A stretch of DNA of 64,000 bases from Eledone cirrhosa (GCA_964016885.1 OZ024746.1:14756001-14820000), one strand, 5' to 3'. Shown: positions 27,259-40,021, numbered from the stretch's first letter. The notes: a model not told the origin generated them from the letters alone. Translations and numbers: made by a program.

Positions 27259-27899
27259 GGTGTATATACACTTCAACATAAATATAATCAAAGGGTGTAT
27301 ACATTTTGAGACATCTTGTATATATATATATAAACAATTTATGTAATGAAAACATCACCTGATACTTCAGTAAAAAAAAAAAAAAAAAAAAAAAACTTCG
27401 TTGTCAGCGATACACCTCCCCCGAACGTCACGAATATCAGCTAAAAAAATGTACTTTACTAATAATCAAAAACTGTGTTAAGATCGTATTTTACTCATAA
27501 ATATGCAGGAAAATTTACAGTTTAAAATAAACAGATATGATGATGGTGCTTGGCCCAAGGCCAACCCTGACCTAACAAACCTATGAACAAAAGCATTCCA
27601 TCGGAGACCATCCCATCTCTTAAAGAGTATTTAGAACTATATTGTCTAATACTTATATTGTTTCTTTTCTTTTTAAGGCGGTAGGATGAGATTTGAAGGA
27701 GATTTATTAACAACTATTTCTAGCAATGCGAGCGTTATGTGTAGGCTCAGCCGTTGGTTAGTAACAGATGTTGTTTCATACTCTATGTAGGTATATTGGT
27801 GTCAGCTTCCTCCGTGGTTGTTGGCATAGCTGTGTGTCTCGAATATATATTTAGCTAATTAATCTATTTTTCAGTTTCTGGTGCAGAGGAGGAGAGATT

Positions 27900-29400
27900 G
27901 AATTTCATTCCGACCTTCTATCCCCACCGGGTGACACCTGCAACACATGCACTACCACAGGCAGAAGAAAGGCCGGAACTGTTCGGGGTGCGGATGTTTC
28001 CACTGCCTTTCTTCTGTTGGCCTGACGCGACGAGCCTCCAGTGCCCTCACAGCGTGAAGATGCTGCAACTGTCTCTTCCCCTCGTCAGCACAGCTGCGGC
28101 CGTCCACTATACCACCAGATAAAACAGCGAAATTGTCTGATGCTCAAGCGTCGCTGGTCAGCATCGCTCGGCTCACGCAGCTCTAGAAGATTCCATTCAA
28201 GATCCCGAAGGCTGCCGGTAGCTGACGCCCTCGCATCCCCAATTGAGAGGGCCCGGCACTCTAATCGAACCAGTGACTGTGAATGCCTCTTCTATTTCGT
28301 CCCACTCACCCTCGGCCTTCCCAGTTCTGGCACTGACCGAGGTGGCCTGCCGACAGCGGCTTTCGTCATGGCAAACATTTCGTCCTTTGGGCAAGCGCCC
28401 ATCCCCAGTGTGCCCAAGGACATCACATCCTCTGCTCTCAGCTGCCCTCAATCCACTATCCCTGAGGCCTCCACAAAGCGTTTACGCGATCCCGTAACCG
28501 CCAAACTAATTGAGGGTTATGTCTCGGCCGCGGTCAGAGTGATCGCTTTAGAGGACACCGTTCTCTACCTCATCGGGGAGGTCCTGGATGCCCTTCGACT
28601 CAAACATCATGAGCCGCCCACAGACCTCAAACCCATACCCTCACCTGTTCATCACCTGCTATATGTGGCATCCAATGCAAGCATCTTGCCTGCTATTAAG
28701 TTCTTCCCTGCTAGCAGCAGCGGATGTACTTATAGTGGTCTGCAAGTCCATCACACATCAACTGGGTGAGGAGCTGAGCCTGGTGCAACTAGGGGTCGGT
28801 GTGCCCGGTGAGTGTGAGAGGGCCGCACATGCAGCTTTGTAATTCTTTAACAGCTGCCCATCGGAAGGAGCCAGAGCATGCTCCGTACTGCTGACACGAT
28901 CACCTTAAGCCACTGGGGTTCAAAAGGGTGACCCTTGGGTTTCCCTGAGGCTCGCCTCCCACCCCATACTGCTTTCAACGAGATATTAAAGCATGGCTTG
29001 GACGCTGCAGGCTTTCCCACCCAGCTCGAGCCGGTGGGGTTGGACCGAGGGGACGGCAAAGGGCCAGACGGCATGACCATATTTCCATTCTGCGGTGGTA
29101 AATCTCTCATTTAGGATGTCACATGCAGCGACACTTTTTTCCTGCAGCAACCTGGTGCTGACGGCGACTAATCCAGGCTCTGTTGCATTTCGGGGAGAGG
29201 AGGGTAAACCTTCCAAATAGTTGGCTACCAGCAAGCGTGAGCCTCGCGAGTTGGAATGGTTCTTGCAACGCGTCTCCCTCACCATCATCTGGAGAAACGC
29301 CTTCTCTATTCTGTCCACCGGGACTGCGAGACTGCCAGTGCCAGGGCTCCTGTTTGCACATAATAGTGAGTGAAAGGAGAGAACATCAAAGCACACACGC
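27900..29400 (+). mobile_element. internally deleted, degenerate CRE-clade non-LTR retrotransposon (RT remnant + restriction-like endonuclease)
   Basis: GYVSAAVRVIALEDTV...VLDALRLKH; GVQKGDP at 28915-28935; HTAFNEILKHGLDAAGFPTQLEPVGLDRGDGKGPDGMTIFPF.GGKSLI*DVTCSDT; LQRVSLTII.RNAFSIL. Confidence 0.85.
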
Positions 29401-29651
29401 ACTTGATGAGACAACGAGTTGAATCTTGGTAGTTATTTACTGCATCAGTTTTGAACTACAGCCGAAATAAACCCACTTAATGCGGCATCAAATTTCGGAG
29501 ACGAGAACCAACTACCTTTAAGGTGTGTGCGCGCGCGTGAGTATGTATATTCATACATATAATATACATATATATATATGTGTGAGTGTGTATGTATCTG
29601 TGTGTGTCTGTGTATGTGTATGTGTGTGTGGGGTGTATATCTATCTATCTA

Positions 29652-29688
<37 letters not shown>

Positions 29689-29847
29689 CTCGACTAACTT
29701 TTTAAATTCCATCTGTGATAACATTTTACACGTTTTTATTGTATGTAAACTTCCCCTTTGTATTTGTCCCCTTCTTTTGTGCCCCTGTGGCTAATAAAGA
29801 AATATATCTATCTATCTATCTCTCTCTCTATATATATAACGAAGTAG

Positions 29848-30000
29848 TTGTGGTAAGGAACCAGATGGACCATAACGCACCAGAGTACTCAATACTTGGG
29901 GTAGTAGAGTGGGTAATAGGAGAAAGTATGACCCCGACGGCAGAGCTTAAGCCGTTTCGACGCCTATTTCAGTCCAGAAATAGCCGTCGAAATGGCTTGA
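29848..30000. mobile_element. Penelope pLTR-like short element with terminal hairpin
   Basis: Near-identical to 57528-57680. Hairpin AAGCCGTTTCGACGCCTATTTC/GAAATAGCCGTCGAAATGGCTT; sits between TA-rich tracts. Confidence 0.55.
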
Positions 30001-30230
30001 TATTATATCTATCTATATATATATATACATACATTTTTACACGCCTTGTATGTAAACTCCCCAATTGTATTTGTCCCCATCTTTTGCGCCCTTGTGGCAA
30101 ATAAAGAAATATATCTCTCTATATATATATATATATACATACAAGAGCGTGAAATTAATAAACCTTTGTTCGTACTGCCTCTCTGTTTTGTTTTCACTAT
30201 ATATAAGAGCTTCTACAGGATTCAACCCGG

Positions 30231-30287
<57 letters not shown>

Positions 30288-31297
30288 GTGTGTGACCGAG
30301 TTTTCCGTTGTACGAAAGATGAGAGAAGCTAAACTGTTCGTTGGGACGGAATTGGCACCGTTCCTAAACCACAACACACAGACACATGCGCTCGTGTTAA
30401 TGAAAAAACAGTGAAATTTCAGAGTGGGGGAATACTTCGAGGCAGTGTACTACATGCAGTACATATAATACATGTTTACTGGGAACGGAAATATAACCAC
30501 ATGGGAATAAAGGTCACATTTCATGGGAAATATTTACAGTAGGCTTAAATAACTGCTAGTAGAGCGCTGTAGTGACATTACAGTGTGTTTTGGGCATTTT
30601 AAACCTAATGGACCCTATCTCTGTTCCACGTTTGAACACACCCGTTTTCTTCTAAAGAAGAAGAAGGAGAAGAAGAAGAGGAGGAGGAGAGATGGGAGAG
30701 AGAAGCAATGAACCGAAGCAGAATCGATCGCAGTACTGGACTGATATTACCAACCTCGAAAATGAAAGACAAAGTTGACCTCGGTGGGATTTGAACTCAG
30801 TACACAGAGAACCCACTCATATATCACAAATCATTCTACCCGACATTCTAATAGTCACATTATATTTAAGGACAATAAAAATATAAAATGGTAATTTATT
30901 TTAAACAATAATAACTATTAACTATAAAGATGTGTGTGTGTGTACTGTGTTAGTTGTGAGATATTTTTGGCCTGGAATCATCATCATCATTATCACCTTT
31001 CCTTATCATAACCACCACCACCACCACCACCACCACCATCATCATCATCACAGTCATTATCATCATCACCCCACCCCCACCACTATTACCATCACCACCA
31101 TCACCATCACCACCATCACCATCACCACCATCATCATCACTATCATCATCACTATCATCATCATCACTATCATCATCATCATCATCATCACATCATCATT
31201 ACCACCACCATCATCCTTACCAGCGTCATCATCACCAATACCACCATATAGCTGTGTGTGTACATGTATGTGTGTATTTGTAGCTGTGTGTGTACAT

Positions 31298-33805
31298 TAG
31301 GGTGTTCCAGAATTCCACAATTTTACACAAAAGTGTTTTTTTCTTAGCTCCCTATGCATTTTCTCATGCCATTTTGTATATTATCAATTTATAATGTAAT
31401 TTTGATTATTTCAGACTAATTTAAGCCTTGCCTAATAGTTGCAAATTGGCAGAATAATGGCACAAACCAGTGGGCCTAGTTGTAGCTACTCACTCCGTTG
31501 TGGTGATCGAGAAATATGGCTCCTGGGGCAATATGTTACATCCTTTTCACCAAACAAAATACCAACAAAGGAGGATGTTCTAAGATATTTCTTCTACCTG
31601 AAAGATGGTCCTATGAAACACGAAAAGCATGTGAGCTTCAATGTTGTTATTACGGATAGGCTTGTGATGGTTCAAAGGTTCTAAGTCAAACAAAGAAAAG
31701 GAAGCACTATTTATTTCTGAATTGGATTTGTATTTCTACATTGCACATACTGATGCTGAAAAGAAAATTTTGAAAGACCGTCTTCATAATAATGAACAGA
31801 AAATGGAAGTCCTGTGTTGCCAGAAAAAAGTATCTCTGGGTGCTGAAGACAAGGGTTACCAGAAAAAGGTATCTTCAAAGTTTAAGCGTGATCAGGTTTC
31901 TGTGGCTCGTCGAGAGTCAGAGAACCATAGAAAGCGTTTGTCAGGATCTATAGCAGCACAACTTCCACGTAATGAACTGAGTGATTCAAGTTCAACCAAT
32001 GATGAAACTGAAGATGAACAGGATCCTGAATTTCAGGCCTCAAATCCACCCAGAGACAGCTCAAAGTCAGACAAGAAACGAAAAATCCAGCTGGAACTCC
32101 CAAAGAATCCATTTCAAAGTCCAAAAATTTCTCTAATGGCTGATCGTTTAAACCTGACACTGGGCCAGAGAACAGCATTTATGGCATCGATTATTTCTGA
32201 GGGTGGGACTGACATAGACGCCACAACTCTCTCCAAGAATAGTAGCAGACGTGCAGCTAAGAAGATCAGAACTGTGGGGGCTGAACACATAAAGGAACAA
32301 TTTGCTGTACCAGACTTTGTTACCTTGCATTAGGATGGCAAAATAATTCCTGGTGACCACGAGAGGCTAGGTATGCTAGTTGCTGGAACTCCAGACTTCA
32401 GAGAAGGTAAACTCCTCAGTGTTCCCATAATTCCTGATGGCACTGGAACCACCCAAGCCAAAGCATCAACAAAAAGGTGTTTTATTTTGCTTGTCGGCAC
32501 CATGGAGCGTATCTTGTGTGCAGTGTGGCAACAACTATTCGGAGCAATGTCCAGTCCAGACACTCCAGAGTTCAAGGAGTTCAAAAAAGATTGGGTGCCA
32601 CTCATGGACAAGACCAACTTTAAAACATTGAACATTGTTGACCGGAGACTCAAGCGTCTGTGTTCTGAGAACATCAAGTTCCTCCAAGATTTGCTGACAT
32701 CCGACGATGGGAAAATGAGTTCTCTTCCATGGGACGAATGTGCCGAGTTGATGTTGATCTTGCTTGGTGTCACCCTTCTTCGTGGAATTCATTGGATGCT
32801 GCCTGGTGCACATCATAACGCTCGGTGGATGTCCACAATCATCTATAGTGCAAAGGTGTGTGCATTTGGTGAGCAACTCAATTACGATCAAGCTAAAATG
32901 GAAAAGTTGCGCCGGATCTGTATGTTCAATGCTCTGTTCTACGTGCAATACTGGCTGACTGCAGTCAAGTGTGCTGATGCACCATCCAATGACCTTCAAT
33001 TCTACGTGGAGTTGACACAATACAGTAAGGTTGACAAAGATCTTTCACAGGCAGCCACTACTGCTCTGAGCAGGCATCTTTGGTACCTGATGGAGGAAGC
33101 CATTCCGCTAGCGCTGTTTTCAAGTCGGGTCCAAGAGTCTGAGAAGAAACAAATAGCCCAACATCTTGTCAAAATGAAAACATCTGGGCCTCTCGACCGT
33201 GGTGCTCCAGTATTTCCCGAGTTGAAGTCGTCCACGAAGCTGCCTCATCTAGTTGGGAAGAATCAAGGCTTCTGTTCGATCTCCTTGGTCTCGACGACAC
33301 TTGGCTTGAGCTGTCACCTGCAACTTGGTCATCACAAGCGTCATATCAAAATGCCTGTGCTGTTGTTCACAATATCAAGGTAGTCAACGATCTAGCGGAG
33401 AGAACAGTCAAGTTGATAACTGATTTTGTTGCCATCACCAAGAACGAGGAGGAGAAGCAGTGTGTTCTTCAAGTAGTTGAAGCTCATCGTGGCAAGGTCT
33501 CGTATTTCAAAAAAGAAACTCTGAAAAAAATATGACTGGAGTTAACTTAACTGAACTTGTTTCTTCCTTGTACACCTTTATATTCAAAGTTGGTTTACTA
33601 AATATAATGGATTAATAAAATAATAAAATAAACAATTATTGTATGGTCATATTTGACTTCACATTTTCATGATTTCATGCAACATAATCACACTTTTCAC
33701 TATAATCACCATGATATAGGCAAGGCTCAAAATAATTTATTTTATACAAAATATGTTTAATTTACCAAATTAGTATTGTGACCTTGCTTTTTATGGCACA
33801 CTCTA
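31298..33805 (+). mobile_element. hATm-type DNA transposon with decayed transposase
   Basis: Termini TAGGGTGTTCCAGAA / TTATGGCACACTCTA; perfect 8-bp TSD GTGTACAT at 31290-31297 and 33806-33813. Transposase motifs TLH*DGK, FACRHH (frameshifted), PGAHHNARWM, LSRHLWYL.EE and VVNDLAER.VKL. Confidence 0.9.
31457..33535 (+). pseudogene. hATm transposase pseudogene
   Basis: Split over ORFs 31439-31684, 31722-32333, 32373-33383 and a frameshifted C-terminus. TAG replaces the conserved W at 32331-32333. Confidence 0.85.
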
Positions 33806-34784
33806 GTGTACATATGCGTGTATTAGTAGCTGTGTATGTACATATTTGTGTATATGTAGCTCTGTGTGCATGAGTGTGTATATATGTAGCTGTGTGTGTG
33901 TGTACGTGTACGTGTGTATATGTAGCTGTGTGGGTGTATGAATGTGCCTGTGTGAGGTCACAGCTACTACATTAATGATGTTAATCAATTGTTAGTTATT
34001 GAAATTATTGAGATGGCTTATTAATGTTTGTGTTGAATATATCATCTATTAAAACATACTCTCCACATATATACACACATATGTATGTATGTATATATAT
34101 ATATGTATGAATGTATGTATGTGTGTGTGTATGTATATATATGTATGTTTGTATATATATGTATGTATGTATGTATGTATGCATGTATGTGTGTATGTAT
34201 GTTTGTATGTATGTATATATGTATGTATGTATGTATGTGTGTATGTATGTTTGTATGTGTGTGTGTATGTATGTATGTGTGTGTGTATGTATGTATGTGT
34301 GTATGTATGTTTGTATGTATGTATATATGTATGGAAACTGGGATGACTCCGATGTAAAACTTGCAGCTCAGTAGTTACCGATGATGTTGATCTTTTCTTC
34401 TTTTCGGGTTATAGCTAGTGTCGCTCAGAGAGTGGGATTGGTTCAGTGCACAGTCTTTCCTCACTTAAAAAAAATCTTCACACACAGGCATTGCACAATA
34501 ATAATTATTAATAATGGTATATCGTGCAATGGTCATACTCGATAACGAGAGGGCAGCCATCATCATGTATGTATGCATGTATGCACAGTCTTTCCTCACT
34601 TTAAAAAATATCTTCACGCACAGGCATTGCACGATAGAATTAATTAATAATTATTAATAATGGTTTATCGTGCAATGGCCATATTCGATAACAAGGGGGC
34701 AGCCATCATATGTATGTATGAATGTATGTATGAATGTATGAATGTGTGTGTGTATGTATATATGTATGTTTGTATATATATAAT

Positions 34785-35420
34785 AATAATAATGAAATTA
34801 TTGTGTAAAGTGCTCAGGTGCACTACAACTCGTCAGGGAAGTGAATAGTGTATGAGTCATGATATACATGTGTGTATGTGTATGGAGGGGGAACATTAGG
34901 TGTAGTGTTGGCGAATCTCGGGAAGCATGGAGGCCTTAAAGGATGCAGTGTCTCGACAGCTAACAACTGATGCAGGTAGTTTGTTCCATGCTTCAGCAAC
35001 TCTGAGCGTGAAAAAATGTCTACGAAAGTCATGGGAACTGTACTGTTTTCTGACTTTGTGGGCATGCCCACATGTGTTAATCACATGGAAATCAAAAAGG
35101 TACTCAGGGTTGTTGTTGGCAAGATGGTTAACAATTTTGTGGGTGTTTACCAAGTCAGTTACCAGGCGTCGGAGCTTCAATGTATCCATGCCCAGGGAAG
35201 CAAGGCGCTCAGAGTATGGTAGATGCCTGATGGAGGGTATTCGCTTGGTTGCATGTCTCTGAACAGTTTCCAGGCAGTCAATGTTCTGAGCAAGATAGGG
35301 GTTCCAGACTGGTGATGCAAATTCTAAGTGTGGCCGCACCATAGCCATGTACAGCCTTAAATAGATAGCTGGAGAGCGGCTGACAAAGGTCTTGTTGAGT
35401 GATGCTAAGACACCCTCGGC
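34785..35420 (-). mobile_element. CR1-type LINE, 5'-truncated
   Basis: MVRPHLEFASPVWNPYL...LETVQRHATKRIP.IRHLPYSERL..L...TL..RRL...FFTLRVAEAWNKLP; (ATT)n tail. Confidence 0.92.
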
Positions 35421-35840
35421 CCTCTTGACAATTTTATATGTATGTGTGTATGTATGTATGTGTGTGTATGTATATATGTGTGTATATATGTATGTATATA
35501 TGTATGAATGTATGTATGTATGTATGTGTGTGTGTATATATGTATGTTTGTATGTATGTATGTATGAATGAATGTATATATGTATGTGTGTGTGTATGTA
35601 TATATGTATGTTTGTATATATGTATGTGTGTATGTATGTATGTATGTATGTATGTGTGTATGTATGTACAAAGTGTGGTGGATTGGCAGGATTGGTAGAC
35701 TGTTGAAGTTCAAATTACGCTAAGGTTAACTTTGATTTTTATTCTTCTGGGATCATTAAAATAAAATACCAGTCAAATACAGGGGCTGATTCAACCAACT
35801 TTGCCTTTTGCCCAAATATACTGACCTTATGCCTAAATCA

Positions 35841-35872
<32 letters not shown>

Positions 35873-36083
35873 CATCATCATCATATATATATAAATATAT
35901 ACATATATAGGCATTAAAATATTGATTAATATGTGAAGTAATTAATCATATTATCCGTTTACAATTGTTTCGCTACTCCATATAATGTTTCTGGATCAAA
36001 TGATTATAGATCATTATTGATCTGGTTCAGTTGAAAATTGGTTACTCTTGAACTGTGTATATATATATATATATAAATATATA

Positions 36084-36181
<98 letters not shown>

Positions 36182-36228
36182 ATATTATATATATCAATAA
36201 ATGGAAACTATATTTATAAAACCATAAT

Positions 36229-36294
36229 TATTTTATTATATATATTTCAAGGGCAACCAAGGCAAATTTTGGTGCGCTTTCATCAGATAAAATA
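36229..36294 (-). ncRNA. hammerhead ribozyme motif, inverted copy
   Basis: Reverse complement of 36402-36467 with one loop substitution; TCATCAG at 36280-36286. Confidence 0.7.
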
Positions 36295-36401
36295 CAAATT
36301 TGTTTTATAAATAAATATTGACATACCCGCATAAAGACAACCTTAATGGTTGAAGTTCGCTGGATGTGGGTATGTCAATATTTATTTATAAAACAAATTT
36401 G

Positions 36402-36467
36402 TATTTTATCTGATGAAAGCGCACCAAAATTAGCCTTGGTTGCCCTTGAAATATATATAATAAAATA
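36402..36467 (+). ncRNA. type I hammerhead ribozyme motif (minimal stem III)
   Basis: Stem I TATTTTAT/ATAAAATA; CTGATGA at 36410-36416; stem II AAGCGCACCAA/TTGGTTGCCCTT; GAAA at 36448-36451; palindromic ATATATAT stem III; AUA triplet. Confidence 0.7.
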
Positions 36468-36682
36468 ATTATGGTTTTATAAATATAGTTTCCATTTATT
36501 AATATATATAATAAAAGTAAAGTACCAGTAATGCACTGGGTAATTGCTGGCCTTGTGCCTAAAGTAGAAACAATTAATATATATAATATATTGAATATTT
36601 ACTCCACTAATTGTTGAGTGCTTTATATCAGTTATAAAATTTTTAAGCTTGTTGAATCCCAACAAATTAAATACAACCTCTG

Positions 36683-36734
<52 letters not shown>

Positions 36735-36775
36735 TATATATATATATATATCACATAAATATATATATATCAAAT

Positions 36776-38215
36776 AAATCACGTTGTAGAAAGTATATCT
36801 GGTACAATCCTATTTTTAATGCCTCGATTAGTACAAAACTATCTCTTTCATTCTTTAAGTTAATCAACAAACACTTCCCTAGTTCCCATAAATACAGCAA
36901 AATTCTGAACTCTAAAACTATTAGACTATCATACTCCACGGCACCAAACCTTGAAGCATACATAAAAAAACTTAACTTAAGGCAATTAAACAACTCTACA
37001 AAACAAAACATTTTAGTAACAGATGGGCAGAACGCAATATCTGCCTCCCAACCACTAAATGGGAGACGGGTATTACACAACCCACCTGTACCGCCATCAC
37101 AACCTATCCATGGTGTACCCGCTACCCACAACAAAGAATGTAACTGCCATCTACCTGAAAGATGTCCATTGAAGAATGAATGCCTAAAGTCCAACATTGT
37201 TTACCAATGCACGGTTGAATCGAACGACCAGAAATGGTATTATATCGGATCTACCACCACATCGTTTAAATCTCGCTGGTACCGTCATCGATTCTCAATC
37301 AAACATCCGAATCACCGTTTTGTGACCACGCTCGCCAACAAGACCTGGCAACTCCGTGAACACAACCAACAGTTCACCTTAAAATGGGATATACTTTCCA
37401 GCGCAAGTGCATATCGGAGTGGATTGAAGTACTGCAGGTTATGTAACCTTGAGCTCTTTTACATATTAAAATCCAAAAACAAACTACTTAACGATAGAAT
37501 TGAACGATCATTATACTGCAACCACAAACTAAAAGCTAAATTCTCTCACTATAAAATAACTTAACATTCGAACCCGTAACTATAACACCGCTTTCTAGCT
37601 AACAACCTTCTCTTCCCCCCACACTACAAGACAATACACTGCTTATCACTATACATGGTAACTCAGTGCAATTCCTAGATTACTACTACAAACCCAAAGT
37701 TCACTCTCCACACAAACTTTGTCTGTCCCCTCTCTACCTATCTCTCTCTACATCCATTACACTCTCTCTCTCTCGCCTTTGGCCTACCTCCCTCTCAACA
37801 TCTATGAACCTGCCCTCTGGGGCAATAAATAATTACGACCTTAACTATCAACGCATCTCTCCAAAAGTAACCAGTATAATAAAACCCCTACCATAACATT
37901 TTGATTAAGATATCTGCAAGCCACTCTCTCCTACTTCTCCAACCCCTGGATATCTTTCTTTCTCTCTCCCTCTTCCCTACTTTTCTCTCTTCCTTTTCTA
38001 CTCTATCTTCCCCAACAACCCCACTTAAGGGTTTTTACATTGTACATTTTACCATTCTGCTCTGAGGAAACAGTGGTCACAGCATTGGATATTTGAGTTC
38101 TGCAAGTACTTGTGAATTTGCACGTAGCATAACTAGGCTGCAGTACCACCGTGGAAACACTTGTAAGCACACGGAATAAATTACCTTTTTATGATGTCTA
38201 CCTGTTATTATTCAT
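36776..38215 (+). mobile_element. 5'-truncated Penelope-like element (Neptune-type: Zn-finger linker + GIY-YIG endonuclease) with 3' UTR/pLTR
   Basis: Uninterrupted frame 36776-37564: RKYIWYNPIF...LINKHFP..HKYSKILN..TIRLSYS, CNC....CPL...C, IVY...YYIG, C.LC..E. Followed by a CT-rich UTR, a hammerhead motif and AATAAA at 38175-38180. Confidence 0.9.
38058..38169 (+). ncRNA. hammerhead ribozyme motif in the Penelope pLTR
   Basis: Stem I TGCT/AGCA; CTGAGGA at 38062-38068; stem II ACAGTGGT/ACCACCGT enclosing a long insert; GAAAC at 38154-38158; GTA triplet at 38163-38165. Confidence 0.65.
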
Positions 38216-38269
38216 TCTTTATATATATATGTATATATATATATTACCGGGTGATATATATATATTACA

Positions 38270-38460
38270 GGGCGGTGGATTGGCAGTATCGGTAGAGGGT
38301 CGGACGCCATGCTTTCCAGCATAGTTACGTCCCTTTACGATCTGAGTTCAAATCCCGCCGAGGTTGACTTTGCCTTTCATCCTTACGGGGTCGATAAAAT
38401 AAAGTACCAGTAATGCACTGGATAATTGCTGGCCTTGTGCCTAAAGTAGAAACAATTATT
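38270..38460 (+). mobile_element. young full-length tRNA-derived SINE (family A)
   Basis: A-box-like TGGCAGTATCGG and B-box-like GAGTTCAAATCC. Almost identical to 40022-40212. Confidence 0.85.
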
Positions 38461-38467
38461 CATTCTT

Positions 38468-38498
<31 letters not shown>

Positions 38499-38499
38499 T

Positions 38500-38820
38500 A
38501 CCGGGTGATGTGTTGTTTCCTTGAGCAAGACACTCTATTTCACATTGCTCCAGTTTACTCAGCTGTAGAAATGAGATGATAGGGACTGGGGTCCCTATCA
38601 TTCCACTGCAAAGTGGTCGTGGAGGTGCCATGGCAAAAAAGCACCCAGCCCACACTGTAAAGTGGACGTGTAGGCGCCACGGAAAAAAGCACCCAGCACT
38701 CACTGTAAATGAGGTTGGTGTTAGGAAGGGCATCCAGCTGTAGAAATCAAGCCAGAATCAGTTCCCGTCCCACCCTTGCAAGCAGGGAAAAGCGGACGTA
38801 AAATGATGATGATGATGATA
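38500..38820 (+). mobile_element. CORE-like SINE with RTE-type tail (family C)
   Basis: CTTGAGCAAGACACT.TATTTCACATTGCTCCAG core and (GAT)n tail. Reverse copy at 62035-62362. Confidence 0.8.
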
Positions 38821-39214
38821 TATATATATATATATAATATCCCCATTAAAGGCACCTAAGATCTCTCTGGTGATATTAATCCAGTTGGTCAGTTAAGTTA
38901 CCAACCCAAATAGGACTTAGGATGAATTTGAAATCGAAAGGAAGTACCAGAAATGCCAGCATCCCATCTTATGCTCCTACCAATTCACTAGTTCACTATC
39001 TTAGACTAGTATCTTATTTTATTGACCTCAAAATGTTGAAAGTAAAATTGATTACAGTAGGATTTGAAATCAGATCATAAGGAGTCGGAATAAATACCAC
39101 AAGGCATTTTGTCCAATGCTGCAGCCAATTTGGTGTCAATTTTGTCTGATTTGTTATTAATCCTCAGCACCACCTTTTTAAATGCTGATTTATTGCATAT
39201 AAGCTAACAATGTA

Positions 39215-39475
39215 TAGGGTTCTCTGGCCTTACAGAAATACTAGGGTTCACTGGCCTTTACAGAAATGCTAGGGTTCACTGGCCTTTGCAGAAATACTGG
39301 AATTTACTGTCCTTCAGAGGAATACTGGGATTTACAGCCCTTTACAGGAATATCTAGGGTCACGGCCCTTCACAGAAATATTGGGGTTCACTATCTTTCA
39401 CATGAATATTGGGGTGACTTCCCTTCACAGAAATATTGGAGTACATTGCCTTTCACAAGAATACTGGGGGTTCCC
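39215..39475. repeat. degenerate ~28-bp minisatellite
   Basis: Repeating GGGTTCACTGGCCTTTACAGAAATACT-like unit. Confidence 0.8.
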
Positions 39476-40021
39476 TGTCTCGCTTGCCCTTAATGATGAA
39501 TTTTAAGGAATTTTCTATTTATTTATTATTTCATCACTAAGCTAGTAACTTCACATATGGTTCTTATATAAAATTATGTTGGAAGATTTTAGCTTAAACA
39601 AGAACACTTTAAAATGAATGATTTTGTTTCATAGAACCAGAGCCAGTTTCAGCCAGGTTGGTGTCAGAAATGTGCAGTTCTAACTTCTAGCTTATCTTAA
39701 AGATTTGAAAGAATTTAGTAAAATATCAATTTTTTTCATTAATTGATATATAAAGCATAATGTTTTTAGAGCCTAGTTTAATAAAACGTTTTCACATAAT
39801 TGGGTGTTTTTAATCTAAATAGAAACTTTTTTAAATTAGAGGTTTTGTTTCATAGAGCTGGTCTTAGTCGGGCTGGTATCCAAAGGGTTAAAATTCAAGC
39901 AGATTCATTTGAGATTCTCAGCTGTAGTATCTTGCTTGAAAAAACCCTGGAAGGCAGCAGTATCAATGGATGAAATCAACCCAAGTATTTCACTGGTACG
40001 TCTCGCGAGATTTCATTTTTA

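Larger units (their letters stand above)
36196..36500. repeat. ~135-bp-arm fold-back palindrome carrying two hammerhead motifs
   Basis: 36196-36332 is the near-perfect reverse complement of 36364-36500, with a ~31-nt spacer. Confidence 0.93.

Noticed and set aside
38270-38360. tRNA gene
   Set aside because: A/B-box-like motifs belong to a multi-copy SINE head; no cloverleaf or anticodon arm can be built.
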